DNA of 63,911 nt, counting the filler, from Kipferlia bialata (Eukaryota): the NCBI GenBank assembly GCA_003568945.1. It is 5 parts of 3 records of this genome, joined end to end, with 100 filler letters (N's around TTAATTAATTAA, not from the genome) between each part and the next. Parts side by side here need not be neighbours in the genome. Positions count along the whole stretch, not along the records: positions 43,291 to 59,084 come from BDIP01000102.1; 4 more parts are not named here. One strand, given 5' to 3'. Positions 44,127 to 57,900 of this stretch are shown here, piece after piece. How positions within the stretch are numbered: position 1 is the first letter of the stretch; each line of letters begins with the position of its first letter. The notes beneath the pieces were generated by a model. It worked only from the letters and a program-made list of their open reading frames with translations, searched no databases and was not told where the DNA came from. Position numbers and translations under genes: made by a program.

Positions 44127-45242
44127 TAGACATTGAATGAAATAGACATTGGTGTTTCGGTTTGGGTACAAGTATATATGAAAGATCTTAGTATTAGCCA
44201 ATATATCATAATAGGTATTGGTTCTCTCTGCCATTGTCACTGTTCTCCCCCAATACTCTAGGGTCTATAATATGTGTTCCTAGCACTAGTGGGAGCCACA
44301 CAGTTTTCATACTGATACTCATATATGCCACAGAGAGAGTCTTGCTATACACTTGAACACAGCACCCAGTCTATTCAATATGAGGAGAACAGACCCACCA
44401 GTTGTTGTTGCAGTACACAAACCAGGTACACACATACATACACTGTATGTGTGACTGTGTATGATACACCAATCTCATCAAACACAGAACGTAGATGCAG
44501 CAAATTATTACTATAAATTATTATAAATTATTATTAAATTATTATAAATTATTATGTGGCATAATAATAATCCAATATAGGCAGAACCCGTCGCACGTAA
44601 GTATCTGTTTCTGCGTATGCGCTCCTCCTTGCCTTTCTCTCTGATGCCCTAGGATCCCTACGATCTACTAGGTCGCTGAGCACGAGGATGAGTTCTTGGC
44701 CATGACGCCGGAGGAGCAGGAACAGGTACATATATATATATATACATATACTATGGGTGGCCCTTCACTATCTCCATCAGTTCCATCAGTTCCATCAGTT
44801 ATAAAATACTTCCCACCTTAGGTTGAGATTACTTGCATTGTGGAGGAGCTGCTGTTCGAGAAGATGAGATCAAGGCGCTCCAGGCGGCACCAGTGATGCG
44901 TGGTGCTGTGTCTCGTGTCTCCCTGTTATGTGGGTATTTGGTGTCATGTGGGTGGCAGCACGGAGTTCCTCCTTGTTCCTGAAAACGGCTATGTTCTTCC
45001 CTCTACGTCCATTCACCAACCGATGCACACTTGCGTGGTCCTTCCCCGCATCCCTGCTGCTAAATGCGTTGTTGCGTGGAATCTCTCCCATCCTTTGTCA
45101 AAGAAGGTCAGTTGGTGTCATCAGGATGCGGCGCAGACGTTTGAAACTCCATGAGAAGGGTCTAGAGCACTGGCTACTCAAAAATCCAGCGTGCTCCTCC
45201 CTGGCCTGGCAATGTGGCCTGTTCTCGCTACGTTTGATCCTA

Positions 45243-45818
45243 ATGGCTAAGCGGAGTCGCTACAGAAACCAGAGCAAGGTTTACTCCGAGCCAAAGACCC
45301 CTTTTGGCCGTGAGCGCCTTGACGCTGAGCTCAAGCTTTGTGGAGAGTTCGGACTCCGCTGTAAGCGTGAGATCTGGAGAAGCCAGTTCACCCTGCGTAA
45401 GATCAGGGCTACTGCTCGGTCTCTACTTGCTCTTGATGAGAAGGACCCTCGCCGTATGTTTGAGGGCGAGGCTCTCCTTCGTAGGATGCACCGCAGTGGT
45501 ATCCTTGCCGATGAGAAGGACAGGCTCGATTACGTGCTGACACTCACCGTTGAGGACCTCCTCAACCGTAGGCTGCAGTCTGTTATCCTGGCCAAGGGCA
45601 TGGCCTCCTCTGTTCACCACGCTCGTGTTCTGATCCGCCAGGGTCACATCCGTGTTGGTGGCCAGGTTGTCAATGCTCCCTCTTTCCTTGTCCGCACTGA
45701 GTCGGAGAAGTTCATTGACTTCGCCGAGACATCAGCATTTGGCAAGGGCCGTCCCGGTCGTCTTGCACGTGCCAAGGCTCGTGTTAGCTCTGCCACGGCT
45801 CCCGAGGAGGAGTTTTAA
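45243..45818 (+). CDS. RPS9: 40S ribosomal protein S9 (uS4), intronless
   Basis: [46 protein letters not shown]...LDYVLTL...RRLQS...[29 protein letters not shown]. Confidence 0.97.
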   Translation: MAKRSRYRNQSKVYSEPKTPFGRERLDAELKLCGEFGLRCKREIWRSQFTLRKIRATARSLLALDEKDPRRMFEGEALLRRMHRSGILADEKDRLDYVLTLTVEDLLNRRLQSVILAKGMASSVHHARVLIRQGHIRVGGQVVNAPSFLVRTESEKFIDFAETSAFGKGRPGRLARAKARVSSATAPEEEF

Positions 45819-46000
45819 GTAATAGACAACAATACTGTAAGGGTGTGGATAATTTTATTGGACTATTCTGCTGGAGTGATACGAAGGAAGAGCCTTGTGT
45901 TGGGTATGTATCAATGCTGTTGCCACTACCTTCCTATTCACTAGGCCTGCAGTACTATCCATCCAAGTGTCTGGCATGTTACTCTGAGTAGCTGTCTTAA

Positions 46001-46085
46001 TATGATGATTCTGGTTCACTTGCAACAATCGAATGAGATTGTCGGAAAGTCCGACTTGATATCCGGATATTCTCAGTAATCTGAA
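46001..46085 (+). ncRNA. Candidate box C/D snoRNA between RPS9 and RPL29
   Basis: Box C ATGATGA at 46002-46008, box D CTGA at 46081-46084, internal hairpin gtcgga-aag-tccgac. No rRNA target identified. Confidence 0.3.
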
Positions 46086-46266
46086 CACCAAAGTCGGAGA
46101 TGTTGGAGAGCAGGAAGCAACGCAGAGCCTGGCTGTTAGCCTGTTTTGCGAGTCGAATAGGTGAGTTTGAGAGGCTAGGGGCTGTGGGAGGGTTGCTTAG
46201 GGTTGGTGTGGGTTGGTGTGGGCTGGAGGGTTGTTGGGAGTCGGTCATTTCCTCTAACCGCAGAAA

Positions 46267-46539
46267 ATGGCTAAGTCTAAGAACGGAACGGCCCGTCACG
46301 AGGAGAAGAAGAACCACCGCAATGGAATCAAGAAGGCTAGGGTTCACCGTTACGGATCCACCAAGGGTGTACGTTATCTCAATCTCTTCTTGCTGTTTCT
46401 CCCTGCTTTTGTGTCCTTCTTTCCTTCTGTGTGTGTCTTTGTCGCTTTGATCTCACCGTAGGTCGACGCCAAGCTCCTTCGCAACATGAAGTTCGCTCGC
46501 AAGCACGACCCCGCCCAGAACCGCCTCCTCAAGGCTTAA
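46267..46539 (+). CDS. RPL29: 60S ribosomal protein L29 (eL29), intron 46369-46461
   Basis: MAKSKNGTARHEEKKNHRNGIKKARVHRYGSTKG|VDAKLLRNMKFARKHDPAQNRLLKA*. Confidence 0.95.
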
Positions 46540-46938
46540 GCGTTCTGCTTCTGACTGTCTTGCTTTACCTTGACTGCTCTTGATTGGTGTGTTGATAGGT
46601 ATGCCTGGGTCTTTAGCTGGGGTCTTCGGGCCTCTATCCGGGTGTGTCCACAACCTAGAATAGATCGGTTATGTTGTTCAGTTTGGGTGTGTGTCCAGAG
46701 TTTGGTTCCATGTCTTGTTGGAATGGCTTTGATTGTTGTTCAGGTGTGTGTCTTAGATACTGAGTGAACAAGTATTGCCGCTCATACCCAGTGCATCAAA
46801 TATGCATTGATATCTCCTCCAGAGGCGGATGCAATCATACAATCACCCCAAGTGGCAAACACAAAATCTATAGTAGTACACGCGATTCCACATATTGAAG
46901 AGGCCTTCCTCGTGGTAGGAAACATAATGAAGGGCACA

Positions 46939-47844
46939 TCAAACAATCATCTTCTCGAAGTTGGAGGACCCGACTCGTATGTGCCTGGCCGGTCTGCCTC
47001 CCTTCGGTGTCACCTGCGCCATGAGCCACCGGAATGCGTAGTAGATGCTGTGACCTGGGATGAGACTTGGCAAACAAGCTGTCAAATCATGGGGAGTGTA
47101 TGTATATATAGATATACACACGGGTGTATGTGTATATATATATTCATACCTGTAAGGGCAGATACCCGGAGAACACGGAAGGGGCGGTGGTGGGTTAGTG
47201 GCCCGTCAAGTGAAAAGTACTCGACAACAGTCTCAAAACGTGCACAGGTATCTATGGTTGGTAACAGGGAACAGAGTGGGAGGCCAACTGCTACTGTATC
47301 TACTCACCTAAGTCGCACTTGTTGATCAGGAAGAGCACTGGGGTGTTGGCGGTGGCTAGGGTTAGAGGCCAGCTTGTGGAGAGAGTGTGCTATCTGTCTA
47401 AATATCTATCTATCTATCTATCCATCCGCAACACCATACCTTCGTCCTGCATGACCTGGGTGAAGTGTCGCCGGGCCTCAGCGAAGGAGGAGGCATCGGC
47501 ACCATCAATGATAAACACAATGGTCTGATGTGAGTGACATGGGAAGGAGTACATATATACATATATATATACTTATTCAGATTAGCAGTGCACGTACCGT
47601 TGCCGTGGCATATTGCACACTCCACTGCTTCCTGTAGCTGCTCTGCCCACCCATGTCGAAGATGGTGGTCTAGGATGAGAGAGGGGGGGGGGGAGAGAGA
47701 GGGAGTGTGTGTGTGAGAGAGAGAGACAAGATGTCGAAGATGGTGGTCTAGGATGGAGAGAGAGACATGGGCAGAGTGCTCATACCTGGGGATATATACG
47801 TAGAGAGGGAAAGAGAGAGACAAGATGTGGAATATGGTCGTCTG

Positions 47845-47876
<32 letters not shown>

Positions 47877-48692
47877 AGATGTCGAAGATGTCAGGGTGAG
47901 AGACACAATACACATGAATTGGAGCAGTGTCCTCAGTGCTGGCTCAATCACCCTATATATAACTATAGTATACTGCATTATAGACTATAGTATAGACCAT
48001 ACCTTGTATCCAAACATGCTGATGTGTCCGATGTTCTGCCCAATGGTTGGGGTGAGGAGGGAGTCGTCAGGATGGCCTGGGTGAGAGATGAATGAGTCAG
48101 TATCACTGGTGAGGGTCACTCAAACACAGCCACAGGTGGTTCCACAAGAATAGCCTCTATACACACAGACACATATGAGCCGGCCACAGCGCCATATACA
48201 GACTTACAGTGCGTTCCATATACCACAGTGCAACATACCTGGGTGGGATGACACAGCCCCAGGTACATGCATCAATATATTATATATAGTATATGTATAT
48301 ATGCATATAGTATATCAACTCAGTACCCCTATGCAACATACCTGGGTGGGATGACACGTCCAGCTCCTGCCTGGGGTCAGATTGGTGTATCAGTATCAGT
48401 ATCAGTATCAAGAATGAGGTTGGCAGGATCAGATTGGTGTTTCATGGACGAAGTTGATGCAATTGTATACGATGGAAAACCATAACCGGAGAGAGCCAGA
48501 GCACACACCACGCAACAAAACATCCACACACCTTGTAACAATGCTCATGATCCGGGTCATCGTTGTGGTCTTACCGCTGTTCTGAAGACCTGAGGTGAGA
48601 TTGGTACTGGATACAAAATAGTATACAATCCATCACTCACCCAGTATTACAACATTGGCCTTCTTCCCGATGCACCCACAGAAGTTTCCCAT
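46939..48692 (-). CDS. Arf-like small GTPase (9 exons)
   Basis: MGNFCGCIG...ILGLQNSGKTT (G1), PTIGQN (G2), IFDMGGQSSYRKQW (G3), IVFIIDGAD, LFLINKCDL (G4), SALTG (G5), AFRWL. Confidence 0.9.
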
Positions 48693-49103
48693 GTTTTCTT
48701 TTGTCCCAGAGGACCCTGGTTCTCTAAGGCCGCCAGAACACCAGCTTCAATGAATGACTGTGAAGAGACCACCCTCTCACAAAAAATCCATTTTTGATGG
48801 AGCCCTAGTCTACACCCTTTGTGCTGGATTCTAGAGCGACTATATAGAGTCTATACTCTCGGCCAGCGTAAACTCCGTCCAAAGGAAGGCTCAAGGCCTT
48901 ACATAGATAACACAGTGTTGGAATAGACTGAGTGGTTGCTCGGTCCTCTGATGTATATGCACAAGAAGCATGTCACACATATGTAAAGTGTTAAGGCCAG
49001 TGCACTTGTAAAAAGGCCAGTGCACTTGTAAATAACACGTCATTGTTCTCTATTAAGCCTTGAATATATATTCATACACATAGAGAGAAAGAGAGGGAGA
49101 GAG

Positions 49104-52100
49104 ATGCTGCTAGAATCACCGAGGCCAGTATTGCCTCAATGCAACGGACGAAACGCCCGATTCCAAAAAGGTTCGGTGTGCACTGGGTTATTGACTTTCT
49201 ACCCTGCTCTTCACCCAGTGACTCCTGCCTCTCCCCCGGTAGAGGGCACTGATGCATCTGAAGTGCCCTATATGCGGTGTAGGTGGGTGTATGGATTATA
49301 TGATAGGTCTGCCAGTAGTGGTGGTATCAGTATCAGAGTATTAGATACTGATACTGATAGTGGTGTATACACGGCATCACACTCTCTCCTCTGCTAAATC
49401 TTTGTCTCTCCACTATATGCTGTCTGAATACACGGGTTAGACATCCTCTGTGAACCCCTCTTACAGATATAACCCCCCCCCTCCCCCCTGCTCTCTCTCT
49501 CTCTCTCTCTCTCCCTCCCCCCCCCCCCCCCCCCCCCTTATTCCAGATGTTGATAGAGTAGTGGCTGGTCCCCACCACATGTTCTACAGATGCACTGTCA
49601 GACAGGCAGAGGCAGAGGCAGAGGCAGAGGCAGAGGCAGAGAGTGGAGTCGACACCCCCTCCAGTCACCTCTGGTTCTGTGCCGGACTCAACGCCACAGG
49701 GCAGCTGGGACTAGGTATACATATATATATATATGGGTATATGTATGAACAGACAGACTCAACGCCAGGGCAGCTGGGACTAGGTATATATATGAATATA
49801 TATGGGTATATATATATGAACAGGCAGACTCAACGCCACAGGGCAGCTGGGACTAGGTACACTATATGCTGAGTGTTCTAATACTTCCCCCATGCCCTGC
49901 CTCAGTCCAGATAATGTGTAATATCTATGTAGATGAATATGTACACATATATGGACATCCGTACTTATACTGCCACTGACCCAGGTCCCTCCTCTGCCCC
50001 GATAGTGTCTGAGCCCACCTTCCAGCCCACGCTGTCTCTGGAGTGCCCCCTGGCCCTTTCCCTGGGGGCAACGCACTCACTATGCATATCAGGTACACAC
50101 TCACTATGCATATCAGGTGCACATATAGGGTTACATATACACCCAACCCCCCCCCCCCCCCAATGCCAGGTGAGACTACCGCCCCCGCACCTGATGTGTC
50201 GGGTGAGGATGCCAACACGTCCACCCCTGCCAGGCACAGGGTGTATGTGTGTGGCAACAATGACTACGGGCAGCTCAGCACAGAGCCCAGGTATCGTGTC
50301 ACTATATATATCCATTGGTGACACATGTTTGTGTATGTATATCCCCACCCCTAATGACTACGGGCAGCTCACCACAGAGCCGAGGTATTGTATCGACGTA
50401 TTTTCACTAATAACCCATATATCTATGTATATACCTGTCCCACCCCAGGCCTGAGCGTCTGAGGACACCCAAGCACAAGAGACAGAGACAGAGGGAGAGG
50501 AGGAGGGAGAGAGAGAGAGAGAGAGGGTCCACCCCAAGAGGTGTCACCAGCAGTAGGCTCTCCCACAGCACCCCTGTCACACCCAGTGGTATTGAGGGCG
50601 CAGAGGGAGAGAGGTCAGGGAGAGGGACAGTGGCCTTTGTGAACCCTTTATCCACCAGACAGGGGGGTCAGAGAGAGAGAGACAGGGTCAGAGAGTCTGG
50701 TCTGGCCAGGTCTAGACTGGGTGTATCTGCTGTGACAGTGAGTGACAGTCCGTCCACCCCTGGGACGGGGGAAGGGGTAGAGAGGGAGGGGGAGGGGCTG
50801 AGTGTGACACCCAGTGCCAAGACTCATGATGCTCTCTCTCTGTCTAAGGGGGTGGAGGTATCAGGAGGCGACACGCCGAGAGAGAGAGAGAAGGCCCCCC
50901 GTATCAACACCCGTGTCAACATCACCCCTGGGTTTGATGCCCACCCCCTGCTGTCCCTGTCACCCCACACAAGGCTATACGCCTCGTGGCACTCAAACAT
51001 AGCAGTGTCAGGTGGGTGTCAGTATGTATACGAGAGGTGTATCGTGGTATATGTTGGGACCTCTGAGCACTAAGTCCTGTATGGCATATTAGTGTTCTTC
51101 TCCCAATAATAGTTCCAGCTGGGTATCATGGTACAGTATACGTGTGTTTGTACCAGGGTATGTATATATTGATGTGAATCACTTGTTTCCTTTTGTCTAT
51201 GACCCCAGGCCCCTCCCTTACCATGTCATGTGGGGCAGATGGCACAGTGTCTATAGGGTCTGGACCGTGCATGGTCAACAAGGTGGGGGGTGGTATGTGT
51301 ATGTGTATGTGTATAGCATATGATGGTATGGTGATACTGACACTGACACTGATTCATGTGCAACAAGGTGGAGGGCTGTCATGTTGCATTCTATGACACA
51401 GGTTGTCTTAGAATGCTATGAAGTTCAATTCATACAGAGTACAAAGATACCCTGACCCCAGCTCTTCTTCTGGGGCAGGACCAGCTGCATCAGGGGCATG
51501 CCTAGGGGGCACAGGTGAGAAATGTATCTGAATGTGTGTATTGGTGTATATATATATAGGTGTGTGTGTGTGGCTATCCAGCTGCATCAGGGGCATGCCT
51601 AGGGGGCACAGGTGAGTATATTATATGATGCTTGACTTTATATCACACTCTATTAGCCAAGGGGACACAGGTGATGTATCGGTAAGAGTCTATCTAAAAT
51701 ATGATATCTCTTACCTACACTTGTACTTTGAGTTGGATTCCACTCCTCTGTATCACTCCCTCCCACCCCTCACCCACAGATACCTCTCTGCGCCAACTAT
51801 GATTGAAACAGACAGGATGGTAGAGACAGAGGCCGAGGCCCCTACCACCGGTGGGGAGTGCCCGCTTGTGGAGCATGTGGCCCTGGGCAGATACATAGTG
51901 TGCATAGTCATAGGGGGGAAGGTGGGTGCAGAGGGGTATACTGTATATACTGTGTAGTGAATACTAATACATATGTATACTGATGCAGATGTATAGTGTG
52001 TATGTGGTGTGGCTGATGAGGGGTGTAGGGGCATTGTATGTGTGAATACGTATTCCACTTGACTGACCCCCCAGGCCTATGTAGCTGAGTACCAAGAGGA

Positions 52101-54040
52101 GAGGGAGAGAGAGGCAGATGCTGAGGCAACCCCCCTCTCCCCACTCTCCCCACTCTCCCCTGCGTCTCCCACTAGTGACACTAACAATGTCACTGACAAT
52201 GGTGACCCTGTGGGTGAGAGGGAGAGAGAGAGAGAGGGTGCCTCACAGACAGAGACCCCTAGGGCCAGGAGGGCCAAGAGAGGTGGTGCTGTGTACCTAG
52301 TGCCCTTTACATCAGACACGGGGGAAGGGGTGCACGGGGTGGTGCAGGTGGGTGTTGTATATCATTATTGCCAGACATACATTGTCCCCATAGAGATGGT
52401 GTATGACCAGTATCCATAGTACTTCACTATCCTCTGTTAGACCTGGGTCCCTGCCTATGGGTAGAGTATCAGGATGTATAGTGTCTATATATAGTGTTTT
52501 ACCATTGTTTCCATGTATACACCCCTGACCCAGGTCTCTGCGTCCTGTTCGGGTGACCACCACCTACTGCTGTTCACAATGGCAGATGGGTCTACTAGAT
52601 GCTACAGGTAGATCTACATGCATAACAAATACATATATATGTATAAAGATCGGGTACGTGTATATATATACATGGATGGATTGGTCCACTAGATGCTACA
52701 GGTACATGTGTGTGTGTATTGATCGGTATCTATGCCTATACCCTCTGACCCCCAGGTGTGACAAGGACTGTCTCCCTGTGGAGGACATGTCTCTGATACC
52801 ACAGTCCCTATGTCTACCCAGCCCATACCCTAGCACAGACACAGCACTTAGGGGACTAGGGGGTGCCTATGCCACCGCCACCCACATATGCATGTGGAGG
52901 GGAGGGGTGTCTGGGGTAGAGACTGTACACACACGGCAGAAGGGAGAGGGAGAGACTGAGAGCCTTGCGTCCCTTGCACTCAGTGGCCCTGTGGTCACAC
53001 CCCATACAGACACAGTGCCTGCAGAGACACTACATGGTGGAGAGGAGGACATGCCTGTGGCAGTCACTGATGCTGATACTGGGACTGGTGCTCCATCCTC
53101 TGCTGTTGACACTGTTGCCACGGGTGGAGATGAGGGGGTACATGCAGTTCTTGAGGCAGAGAGACGGGAGAGAGAGAGGGAGAGACAGGAGTTGATGGCT
53201 GAGCAGGCCAGGATGGAGGGTGTGATAGGGACATTGGAGAGTGATGTACAGACACTGAGGGAGGAGAGAGAGAGAGAGAGAGAGAGCGCCGAGGGTGTCC
53301 TTTCCACCCACAAGGCCCTTCTAGCGGAGAGAGAGGGAGAGAGAGATGCCGCCCTGGCTGAGCTTGAGATGATTAAGGGTGCAGTGGAAGAGATGGAGGC
53401 ACGGGTTGAGAGGGAGAGGGAGATGGAGAGGGAGGAGAGAGAGACAAGGGAGAGAGAGATGGGAGAGGAGCGGGAGGAGTGGGAGAGAAAGACTAGGGAG
53501 ATGGAGAGGGAAGCGCAAGAGAGAGAGAGAGAGCTCGAGGCTGAGAGACAGCGCCTGGCTGATGTCACTTCACAGCTACGGATAGAGGCCTCTGCCTATG
53601 AAAGAGAGGTTGCATCTCTGACCCAGAGAGAGAGAGAGGCGTCACAGGAGTTGGCTGTACTGAGAGAGAAGGTGGAGGCAGAGAGACAGAGGGGGAGAGA
53701 GAGAGAGGCCTTGGCTGCAGAGTCACAGAGACAGAGCGTAGAGGACGCACTGAAGAGAGAGAGGGAGCAGAGAGAGAAAGAGACGGACCTGCAGCGCCTG
53801 CAGAGCATGTGCTTCCCGTCTCCCCCTCTCCCCCTACCCCCTGTAACCGAGAGTCAGGGTGGGTCAGCCCCTCCCTCTGTGTCCCTCTCTCTCTCTCTCT
53901 CCTCTGCCCTAGAGGGCGATGTGTACCAGGGCAGCACACCCATCCTGGCCCAGGTGCAGAGGGCCCTAGACAGGAGTGGGGAGATGACACTGCGCATGAT
54001 GGGACACGCCCCTATGGATAGCTACCTCGACATGCTATGA
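49104..54040 (+). CDS. RCC1-repeat protein with long C-terminal Glu/Arg coiled coil
   Basis: VAGPHHMF...CAGLNATGQLGLG; LSLGATHSL; VYVCGNNDYGQL (RCC1 signatures). The last exon is a long ER-rich coiled coil ending DSYLDML* at 54040. The start codon is tentative. Confidence 0.7.
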
Positions 54041-54430
54041 GGGGGGGTGTATGATGCAGAGCATGATGTGGTCTGTCCGTGTGGGTGGATGTATATGTAG
54101 TGTGGTCCTTATGCAATGGTGTGTGTGTGTTTGTTCGTGTTGTTTGTAATGTTCTTTGTTGTTCGCACCATTGCTTCTCTGTTTAGAACTGTAAGATCGG
54201 AGATACTTGCAGAACAGTCTGAATAGAGTGTATATCAGAATGCGTGGATACAGCTATATTATACATTGGTTGCCATGGATCATCTCGCGTCCCCATTTCA
54301 GTGAGATTGAGGGAGAATCCCACATGATATGTCCCATATCCCGTGTATTCCACTAGTCTTAGTCGAATGTCGTCTATCTGTCTTCAAAGACACATACATA
54401 CACCATGCATATACAGTGGGCATATCCCCT

Positions 54431-57400
54431 CTATTCTAGTAGCCGGAGTGTCTCCTGTGACAGCAGCCCACTCATTGCGAGGTCTGGGTTGTCTAGCAGT
54501 ATAGGGGGGGCAGTGCTCCTGGACATTATGACCCGGATGATGCAGTTGGCCCTGGGGTGAGACATACTCAACACACACATATATGTATATATAGCTACAT
54601 ACTGACATAAATATGAACTATGTGGATTGATATGATGGCCCTGATGATGCAGTTGGCCCTGGGGTGAGGGGTCTATATACATACATTGCACACACACACA
54701 CACACGGAAGAGTCCGTGTCAGTATGTAATATTGACTATGTATACATTGCCATACAAGAATAGAGAAGATAGCCATTATAGTATACATACACACACACAC
54801 ACACACACACCCACACCTATTGAGCACTGCGTGCAGTGTGAGGTGCTCTACATCGAGGGGTGACCCGATGGCTGTGTTCCAGTCCCGGACCATGCTCTCG
54901 CCTGGAGTCAGCGTGTATATCAGTATGCACATATAGTATACACCCCGCTGCCACCTGGCACCGACATCAGTGTATATGTCTGTATGTATATCCCCACCTG
55001 GCACCAACATGCACACTGACGATGCCTGGTCAATGAGGCCCATGGATATGGATATGCTCTGCCTGTGCCTCCACTCAGACAGAGAGTGGATGGACTCAAT
55101 GGCTGAGAGGGAGGGGGGGTGGGGGTCTGGGTCTGGGTCAAAGTACCCCCTGCCCAGCCTGTCCCCGAGGGTGTCACCCCTATCACAATCACCATCACCA
55201 TCACCCACCCTATCACCCCCATGTCTGTATGCCATGGTATCACCCCCCTCCCCCTCCCCCTCCCCCTGTGCCATATATACAAGCCTGGACCCATCCGTGT
55301 CTGCCTCTGTCACCCGTCTGCCCCACCCAGCCACACCCCCTCCTGAGGGTCACGGTATCGATATACATGTATATACAGACACTGTCATACACACCCAAGG
55401 CCTAGTAGATACACCCACCTAACCGCATCCCTAGGAGCAGTACTAGGGGCCGACCCGGCATCAGATAGTCTATCAGGCGCTGGTTGTAGTCTCTGGGGTG
55501 TTAGGGAGAGGGGGAAGGGTGGGAACTGCTGGACTTGACTCTAGATTTATAGAGTCGTATGAGATTATTAGGAGGGAATTAGGAGTACATATTTGAACCA
55601 ATGTCATAACATGCATATGACGTTACCAAGAGAGAGACTTGCAGTTACTGTATGGAAACACTAGTGGATATTCTTTCATGTACAGTAGCATTGGTCATAA
55701 CCCAACGTTCAGCGTTGCCTCACGACACTCACTTCCAACATGACATCATATACATCAGTCTATATACATCAGTCATACACATCATGTGTGGCCATACCCA
55801 CCGGACACACACCTATACATAGCATCACTCACATACAATGGTACACACACTATGCTGTCAGACTGGTGTAAGTATATCAAGTACCCACCTGACACACAGC
55901 TTGGGAGACTGGATCAGGGAGTTGTCTGGGGTCAGTGGTCAATGACAGCATCAATGTCAGTACCAACGTAAGTCCAAGGGCCATAGGGACTAGAGGTGTA
56001 TGGGAATAGAGGTGTGTGTGGAGGTATGGCATGATACATGAAGAAATCTGTATCAGTCAGACACTGATACTGCATGTCTACATACATACTGTGACTGGGT
56101 GGGTATGACACATATGTACAGGAACCCAACATCTATACATATACCAGTATATATCATATCGAATACATATAGTCCCTAATAGTCATATATACCAATACAT
56201 GTATCCCAATATACCTATGTCCAGGAACTCACACCCTGGGGGTAGCTCTATGCGTGTGTACCCCTTGTAGGGTGTGACTGGTACCCCCCCTCCTCTGATA
56301 CCATGCCTAGTGCCTCCATGCCTATTAGTGTCTCTAGTGTCTGAGCTGGTGTGCATGGATAGGGACAGCAGCTGTGCATTGCCTGACACAGGGGCACAGG
56401 CCCAGAACAGAGACACCCGGTCCCAGCTGATGAACTGGCCTGGGGGTTGAGACACAGGGGCAGGATATATATATATATATACATAGAGAGAGAGAGATGG
56501 ACACCCTGTCCCAGCTGATGAACTGGCCTAGGGTAGGGGTATAGGTGTGTATGTATATATATGTATACATTGATGTATAAAGAGAGAGGGAGAGAGATGG
56601 AGACCGTGTCCCAAGTAAGGGTTGAGAATCAGGGGTGTGAATCACTATGCATATGTTTATGCACACACACACATATATAATAGATAGAGGTATAGTATGG
56701 AGCCGCACCCTTGCTTCTAAAGAGATCCCCTATGGCTGAGAGTATGTCACAGTCTACACCCACATACACCCTGCCGTTGGGGTGTTTGGCCAACAGACAC
56801 TGGGGGTCAGAGAAACATGGCACATATGTATGTATCAATGTATAGATATATCAATGTATTACAGCACCCCATACTGACACCATCCTTGGTCTCCACTCTG
56901 ATATAGGCATACGTCTACGAATGCATCTCTTTCTGTTATATATGTGCACACACCTTGATCTCTGTGGCCACCACTTTGGACACATACATAGGTACATGTA
57001 TATACAAGTGTGTATACCTTTATGTATATATGCACCCATACACCCATACACACCTTGATTTCTGTGGCCACCACTTTGGATGCCTCTCTCACATACTGGG
57101 GCCACGAGTCACACAGCCTAGGGGTCAGTGGGGGAAGGTGTACCAGTGACACAGTATGTACTGTTTCATATATATACATATATATACATATATACATATA
57201 TACATATATATATGAATATATAATGGCCAGCAGGCACACTGCCCGGGGATGGGATGGCAATGAGTATACGGGTAATAGAGTAGATGTCCACAGATATATA
57301 CTAGTGTATCTGTACAACCATCATCAGATCAAGCAGTCAACTAGCAGTACAGACATTGTACCTACAGTCCGTGACCCCAGTATCAGTGTCAGTGTCAGTA

Positions 57401-57900
57401 TATACAATAGTATATACAATAGTATATATATGTATTAATTTATATACATATAGATATGTCTGTATGTACCTGCAGTCTGTGACCCCAGCAGAGCAGAAGG
57501 AAGAGGCGCCACTGGGGTGAGACGATGCACAGGAATGCAGAGAGAGAGAGAGACAGAGAGAGAGGGAGTGTCGGCAGTGTTGCCAGAAGCAAGAGGGTTT
57601 GCTACGCGATTGGACTTAGCATGAATATTGGATTGGATACTTGTAGTGGACGAGGCACCCATACATGCATTGGATATACATCGCTTTACGGACACTACCT
57701 CCCTACACACCATCTCATACACTCTTGATAGTTCCTTATACACACATATGTATACACACATCATGCACTTGGATCCCTCCCACCCCACCTGAGATAGGGC
57801 ATCGGGGGTGCTCTCTTGGGGGGTTGGGGCACACCGTTGGGGAACCGAATGGGGGAGCTGGGGGGAGAGACGAAGAACACACTTCACTAGAGAGGGGATA
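54431..57900 (-). CDS. Hypothetical multi-exon protein (5' boundary uncertain)
   Basis: Exons LCDSWPQYVREASKVVATEIK|CLLAKHPNGRVYVGVDCDILSAIGDLFRSK|GQFISWDRVSLFW...; DYNQRLIDYLMPGRPLVLLLGMRL; ANCIIRVIMSR...LRLLE*. Confidence 0.55.

Noticed and set aside
44500..44900. (aaattattat)n tract and exon-like fragments upstream of RPS9
   Set aside because: A simple repeat, and I could not assemble a convincing stop-free gene model.
44928..45242. 105-aa N-terminal extension of RPS9 in the ORF track
   Set aside because: It starts at a non-ATG codon, and uS4 similarity begins at ATG 45243.
52867..53990. Long antisense Ser/Leu-rich ORFs here and elsewhere
   Set aside because: Shadows of (GA)n/(CT)n coding tracts, which lack stop codons on the opposite strand.
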